The notes below the pieces were generated by a model. The model saw only the letters and a list, made by a program, of their open reading frames with translations. It searched no databases and was not told the origin of the DNA. Positions 57,101 to 64,000 of a stretch of DNA of 64,000 nucleotides are shown piece after piece. Within the stretch, counting starts at the first letter, position 1. Each line of letters opens with the position of its first letter. The stretch is from Eledone cirrhosa (Eukaryota): the NCBI GenBank assembly GCA_964016885.1, contig OZ024740.1, positions 19,344,001-19,408,000 on the forward strand, written 5' to 3'. Position numbers and translations under genes: made by a program.

Positions 57101-60100
57101 ACCATGTTACCTTCTTTTTCAACTGTCTTACTCCTCACCTAAAACCTCTACCATGTTACATTCTTTTCCAACTGACTTACTCTCACCTAAAACCTCTACC
57201 ATGTTACCTTCTTTTTCAACTGACTTACTCTCACCTAAAACCTCTACCATGTTACCTTCTTTTTCAACTGACTTACTCTCACCTAAAACCTCTACCATGT
57301 TACCTTCTTTTTCAACTGACTTACTCTCACCTAAAACCTCTACCATGTTACCTTCTTTTTCAACTGACTTACTCTCACCTAAAACCTCTACCATGTTACC
57401 TTCTTTTTCAACTGACTTACTCTCACCTAAAACCTCTATGTTACCTTCTTTTTCAACCGACTTACTCTCACCTAAAACCTCTACCATGTTACCTTCTTTT
57501 TCAACTGACTTACTCTCACCTAAAACCTCTACCATGTTACCTTCATTTTCAACTGACTTACTCTCACCTAAAAGCTCTACCATGTTACATTCTTTTCCAA
57601 CTGACTTACTCTCACCTAAAACCTCTACCATGTTACCTTCTTTTTCAACCGACTTACTCTCACCTAAAACCTCTATGTTACCTTCTTTTTCAACCGACTT
57701 ACTCTCACCTAAAACCTCTACCATGTTACCTTCTTTTTCAACTGACTTACTCTCACCTAAAACCTCTACCATGTTACCTTCTTTTTCAACTGACTTACTC
57801 TCACCTAAAACCTCTACCATGTTACCTTCTTTTTCAACTGACTTACTCTCACCTAAAACCTCTACCATGTATACTTTCTTTTTCAACTGACTTACTCTCA
57901 CCTAAAACCTCTACCATGTTAAGTTCTTTTTCAACTGACTTACTATCACCTAAAACCTCTACCATGTTACCTTCTTTTTCAACCGACTTACTCTCACCTA
58001 AAACCTCTACCATGATACCTTCTTTTTCAACTGACCTACTCTCACCTAAAACCTCTACCATGTTACCTTCTTTTTCAACTGACTTACTGTCACCTAAAAC
58101 CTCTACCATGTTACCTTCTTTTTCAACTGACTTACTCTCACCTAAAACCTCTACCATGTTACCTTCTTTTTCAACTGACTTACTCTCACCTAAAACCTCT
58201 ACCATGATACCTTCTTTTTCAACTGACTTACTCTCACCTAAAACCTCTACCATGTTACCTTCTTTTTCAACTGTCTTAGCCTCACCTAAAACCTCTACCA
58301 TGTTACCTTCTTTTTCAACTGACTTACTCTCACCTAAAACCTCTACCATGTTACCTTCTTTTTCAACTGACTTACTCTCACCTAAAACCTCTACCATGTT
58401 ACCTTCTTTTTCAACTGACTTACTCTCACCTAAAACCTCTACCATGTTACCTTCTTTTTCAACTGACTTACTCTCACCTAAAACCTCTACCATGTTACCT
58501 TCTTTTTCAACTGACTTACTCTCACCTAAAACCTCTACCATGTTACATTCTATTTCAACTGACTTACTCTCACCTAAAACCTCTACCATGTTACCTTCTT
58601 TTTCAACTGACTTACTCTCACCTAAAACCTCTACCATGTTACATTCTTTTCCAACTGACTTACTCTCACCTAAAACCTCTACCATGTTACTTTCTTTTTC
58701 AACTGACTTACTCTCACCTAAAACCTCTACCATGTTACCTTCTTTTTCAACTGACTTACTCTCACCTAAAACCTCTACCATGTTACATTCTATTTCAACT
58801 GACTTACTCTCACCTAAAACCTCTACCATGTTACTTTCTTTTTCAACTGACTTACTCTCACCTAAAACCTCTACCATGTTACCTTCTTTTTCAACTGACT
58901 TACTCTCACCTAAAACCTCTATGTTACCTTCTTTTTCAACCGACTTACTCTCACCTAAAACCTCTACCATGTTACCTTCTTTTTCAACTGACTTACTCTC
59001 ACCTAAGACCTCTAACATGTTACCTTCTTTTTCAACTGACTTACACTCACCTAAAACCTCTACCATGTTACCTTCTTTTTCAACTGACTTACTCTCACCT
59101 AAAACCTCTACCATGTTACCTTCTTTTTCAACTGACTTACTCTCACCTAAAACCTCTACCATGATACCTTCTTTTTCAACTGACTTACTCTCACCTAAAA
59201 CCTCTACCATGTTACCTTCTTTTTCAACTGTCTTAGCCTCACCTAAAACCTCTACCATGTTACCTTCTTTTTCAACTGACTTACTCTAACCTAAAACCTC
59301 TACCATGTTACCTTCTTTTTCAACTGACTTACTCTCACCTAAAATCTCTATGTTACCTTCTTTTTTAACCGACTTACTCTCACCTAAAACCTCTACCATG
59401 TTACCTTCTTTTCCAACTGTCCTAGCCTCACCAAAAACCTCTACCATGTGACCTTCTTTTTCAACTGACTCACTCTCACCTAAAACCTCTATGTTACCTT
59501 CTTTTTCAACCGACTTACTCTCACCTAAAACCTCTACCATGTTACCTTCTTTTTCAACTGACTTACTCTCACCTAAAACCTCTACCATGTTACCTTCTTT
59601 TTCAACCGACTTACTCTCACCTAAAACCTCTACCATGTTACCTTCTTTTTCAACCGACTTACTCTCACCTAAAACCTCTACCATGTTACCTTCTTTTTCA
59701 ACTGTCTTACTCTAACCTAAAACCTCTACCATGTTACCTTCTTTTTCAACTGACTTACTCTAACCTAAAACCTCTACCATGTTACCTTCTTTTTCAACTG
59801 ACTTACTCTCACCTAAAATCTCTATGTTACCTTCTTTTTTAACCGACTTACTCTCACCTAAAACCTCTACCATGTTACCTTCTTTTCCAACTGTCCTAGC
59901 CTCACCAAAAACCTCTACCATGTGACCTTCTTTTTCAACTGACTCACTCTCACCTAAAACCTCTATGTTACCTTCTTTTTCAACCGACTTACTCTCACCT
60001 AAAACCTCTACCATGTTACCTTCTTTTTCAACTGACTTACTCTCACCTAAAACCTCTACCATGTTACCTTCTTTTTCAACTGACTTACTCTCACCTAAAA

Positions 60101-63100
60101 CCTCTACCATGTTACCTTCTTTTTCAACTGACTTACTCTCACCTAAAACCTCTACCATGTTACCTTCTTTTTCAACTGACTTACTCTCACCTAAAACCTC
60201 TGTGTTACCTTCTTTTTCAACCGACTTACTCTCACCTAAAACCTCGGCCATGTTACCTTCTTTTTCAACTGACTTACTCTCACCTAAAACCTCTACCATC
60301 TTACCTTCATTTTCAACTGACTTACTCTCACCTAAGACCTCTACCATGTTACCTTCTTTTTCAACTGACTTACTATCACCTAAAATCTCTACCATGTTAC
60401 CTTCTTTTTTAACTGACTTACTCTCACCTAAAACCTCTACCATGTTACATTCTTTTTCAACTGACTTACTCTCACCTAAAACCTCTACCATGTTAACTTC
60501 TTTTTCAACTGTCTTACTCTCACCTAAAACCTCTACCATGTTACATTCTTTTTCAACTGACTTACTCTCACCTAAAACCTCTACCGTGTTACTTTCTTTT
60601 TCAACTGACTTACTCTCACCTAAAACCTCTACCATGTTACCTTCTTTTTCAACTGTCTTAGCCTCACCTAAAACCTCTACCATGTTACCTTCTTTTTCAA
60701 CTGACTTACTCTCACCTAAAACCTCTATGTTACCTTCTTTTTCAACCGACTTACTATCACCTAAAACCTCTACCATGTTACCTTCTTTTTCAACTGACTT
60801 ACTCTCACCTAAAACCTCTACCATGTTACCATCTTTTTCAACTGACTTACTCTCACCTAAAACCTCTACCATGTTACCTTCTTTTTCAACTGACTTACTC
60901 TCACCTAAAACCTCTACCATGTTACCTTCTTTTTCAACTGACTTACTCTCACCTAAAACCTCTATGTTACCTTCTTTTTCAACCGACTTACTCTCACCTA
61001 AAACCTCTACCATGATACCTTCTTTTTCAACTGACTTACTCTCACCTAAAACATCTACCATGTTACCTTCTTTTTCAACTATCTTAGCCTCACCTAAAAC
61101 CTCTACCATGTTACCTTCTTTTTCAACTGTCCTAGCCTCACCTAAAACCTCTACCATGTTAAGTTCTTTTTCAACTGACTTACTCTCACCTAAAAAGTCT
61201 ACCATGTTACCTTCTTTTTCAACTGACTTACACTCACCGAAAACCTCTATGTTACCTTCTTTTTCAACCGACTTACACTCACCTAAAACCTCTACCATGT
61301 TACCTTCTTTTTCAACTGACTTACTCTCACCTAAAACCTCTACCATGTTACCTTCTTTTTTAACTGACTTACTCTAACCTAAAACCTCTACCATGTTACC
61401 TTCTTTTTCAACTGACTTACTCTAACCTAAAACCTCTACCATGTTACCTTCTTTTTCAACTGACTTACTCTCACCTAAAACCTCTATGTTACCTTCTTTT
61501 TTAACCGACTTACTCTCACCTAAAACCTCTATGTTACCTTCTTTTTCAACCGACTTACTCTCACCTAAAACCTCTACCATGTTACCTTCTTTTTCAACTG
61601 ACTTACTCTCACCTAAAACATCTACCATGTTACCTTCTTTTCCAACTGTCCTAGCCTCACCAAAAACCTCTACCATGTTACCTTCTTTTTCAACTGACTT
61701 ACTTTCACCTAAAACTTTTACCATGTTACCTTCTTTTTTAACTGACTTACTCTCACCTAAAACCTCTACCATGTTACCTTCTTTTTCAACTGACTTACTC
61801 TCACCTAAGACCTCTAACATGTTACCTTCTTTTTCAACTGACTTACACTCACCTAAAACCTCTACCATGTTACCTTCTTTTTCAACTGACTTACTCTCAC
61901 CTAAAACCTCTACCATGTTACCTTCTTTTTCAACTGACTTACTCTCACCTAAAACCTCTACCATGATACCTTCTTTTTCAACTGACTTACTCTCACCTAA
62001 AACCTCTACCATGTTACCTTCTTTTTCAACTGTCTTAGCCTCACCTAAAACCTCTACCATGTTACCTTCTTTTTCAACTGACTTACTCTAACCTAAAACC
62101 TCTACCATGTTACCTTCTTTTTCAACTGACTTACTCTCACCTAAAATCTCTATGTTACCTTCTTTTTTAACCGACTTACTCTCACCTAAAACCTCTACCA
62201 TGTTACCTTCTTTTCCAACTGTCCTAGCCTCACCAAAAACCTCTACCATGTGACCTTCTTTTTCAACTGACTCACTCTCACCTAAAACCTCTATGTTACC
62301 TTCTTTTTCAACCGACTTACTCTCACCTAAAACCTCTACCATGTTACCTTCTTTTTCAACTGACTTACTCTCACCTAAAACCTCTACCATGTTACCTTCT
62401 TTTTCAACCGACTTACTCTCACCTAAAACCTCTACCATGTTACCTTCTTTTTCAACCGACTTACTCTCACCTAAAACCTCTACCATGTTACCTTCTTTTT
62501 CAACTGTCTTACTCTAACCTAAAACCTCTACCATGTTACCTTCTTTTTCAACTGACTTACTCTAACCTAAAACCTCTACCATGTTACCTTCTTTTTCAAC
62601 TGACTTACTCTCACCTAAAATCTCTATGTTACCTTCTTTTTTAACCGACTTACTCTCACCTAAAACCTCTACCATGTTACCTTCTTTTCCAACTGTCCTA
62701 GCCTCACCAAAAACCTCTACCATGTGACCTTCTTTTTCAACTGACTCACTCTCACCTAAAACCTCTATGTTACCTTCTTTTTCAACCGACTTACTCTCAC
62801 CTAAAACCTCTACCATGTTACCTTCTTTTTCAACTGACTTACTCTCACCTAAAACCTCTACCATGTTACCTTCTTTTTCAACTGACTTACTCTCACCTAA
62901 AACCTCTACCATGTTACCTTCTTTTTCAACTGACTTACTCTCACCTAAAACCTCTACCATGTTACCTTCTTTTTCAACTGACTTACTCTCACCTAAAACC
63001 TCTGTGTTACCTTCTTTTTCAACCGACTTACTCTCACCTAAAACCTCGGCCATGTTACCTTCTTTTTCAACTGACTTACTCTCACCTAAAACCTCTACCA

Positions 63101-64000
63101 TCTTACCTTCATTTTCAACTGACTTACTCTCACCTAAGACCTCTACCATGTTACCTTCTTTTTCAACTGACTTACTATCACCTAAAATCTCTACCATGTT
63201 ACCTTCTTTTTTAACTGACTTACTCTCACCTAAAACCTCTACCATGTTACATTCTTTTTCAACTGACTTACTCTCACCTAAAACCTCTACCATGTTAACT
63301 TCTTTTTCAACTGTCTTACTCTCACCTAAAACCTCTACCATGTTACATTCTTTTTCAACTGACTTACTCTCACCTAAAACCTCTACCATGTTACTTTCTT
63401 TTTCAACTGACTTACTCTCACCTAAAACCTCTACCATGTTACCTTCTTTTTCAACTGTCTTAGCCTCACCTAAAACCTCTACCATGTTACCTTCTTTTTC
63501 AACTGACTTACTCTCACCTAAAACCTCTATGTTACCTTCTTTTTCAACCGACTTACTATCACCTAAAACCTCTACCATGTTACCTTCTTTTTCAACTGAC
63601 TTACTCTCACCTAAAACCTCTACCATGTTACCATCTTTTTCAACTGACTTACTCTCACCTAAAACCTCTACCATGTTACCTTCTTTTTCAACTGACTTAC
63701 TCTCACCTAAAACCTCTACCATGTTACCTTCTTTTTCAACTGACTTACTCTCACCTAAAACCTCTATGTTACCTTCTTTTTCAACCGACTTACTCTCACC
63801 TAAAACCTCTACCATGATACCTTCTTTTTCAACTGACTTACTCTCACCTAAAACATCTACCATGTTACCTTCTTTTTCAACTATCTTAGCCTCACCTAAA
63901 ACCTCTACCATGTTACCTTCTTTTTCAACTGTCCTAGCCTCACCTAAAACCTCTACCATGTTAAGTTCTTTTTCAACTGACTTACTCTCACCTAAAAAGT
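33157..64000. repeat. 48-bp satellite array with a 45-bp variant, about 650 monomers, continuing past the window end
   Basis: Consensus ACCATGTTACCTTCTTTTTCAACTGACTTACTCTCACCTAAAACCTCT. The variant lacks ACC. The ORF track shows 16/15-aa periodicity. Confidence 0.98.
34488..61318. repeat. 13,408-bp tandem duplication inside the 48-bp array (2 copies)
   Basis: ORFs recur at a constant +13408 offset (34996/48404, 36068/49476, 40104/53512, 46352/59760). Confidence 0.93.

Noticed and set aside
33036-63959. Mucin-like and Glu/Lys/Val-rich giant ORFs as genes
   Set aside because: Pure satellite translations with no unique domains, broken by stops and frameshifts, so not annotated as CDS.

Overview
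Repeat-dominated eukaryotic genomic window, probably from an octopus. That assignment is an inference from SINE families I recognise from memory, not from a search. Layout: (1) an 81-bp satellite (1-38 and ~2319-21563) interrupted by a 2.28-kb non-autonomous LTR retroelement with 396-bp LTRs, a 4-bp TSD, a tRNA-Trp-like PBS and a PPT; (2) an ~11.6-kb island (21.6-33.1 kb) holding exons 2-3 of a divergent alpha-tubulin gene on the minus strand (natural K40R, C-terminal EEY), many microsatellites, and remnants of RTE and CRE-like LINEs, a Helitron, SINEs and a mariner-like MITE; (3) a 48/45-bp satellite from ~33157 to the window end with a near-perfect 13,408-bp tandem duplication. The most notable signals are four type I hammerhead ribozyme motifs from two Penelope-like families, all with a U-U pair closing helix II; the absence of a credible ATG exon 1 for the tubulin in the unique sequence; and a 48-bp monomer that reads as stacked splice-site motifs on the tubulin sense strand. 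Nearly all long ORFs in the track are translations of satellite or microsatellite DNA. Coordinates and counts were made by eye.
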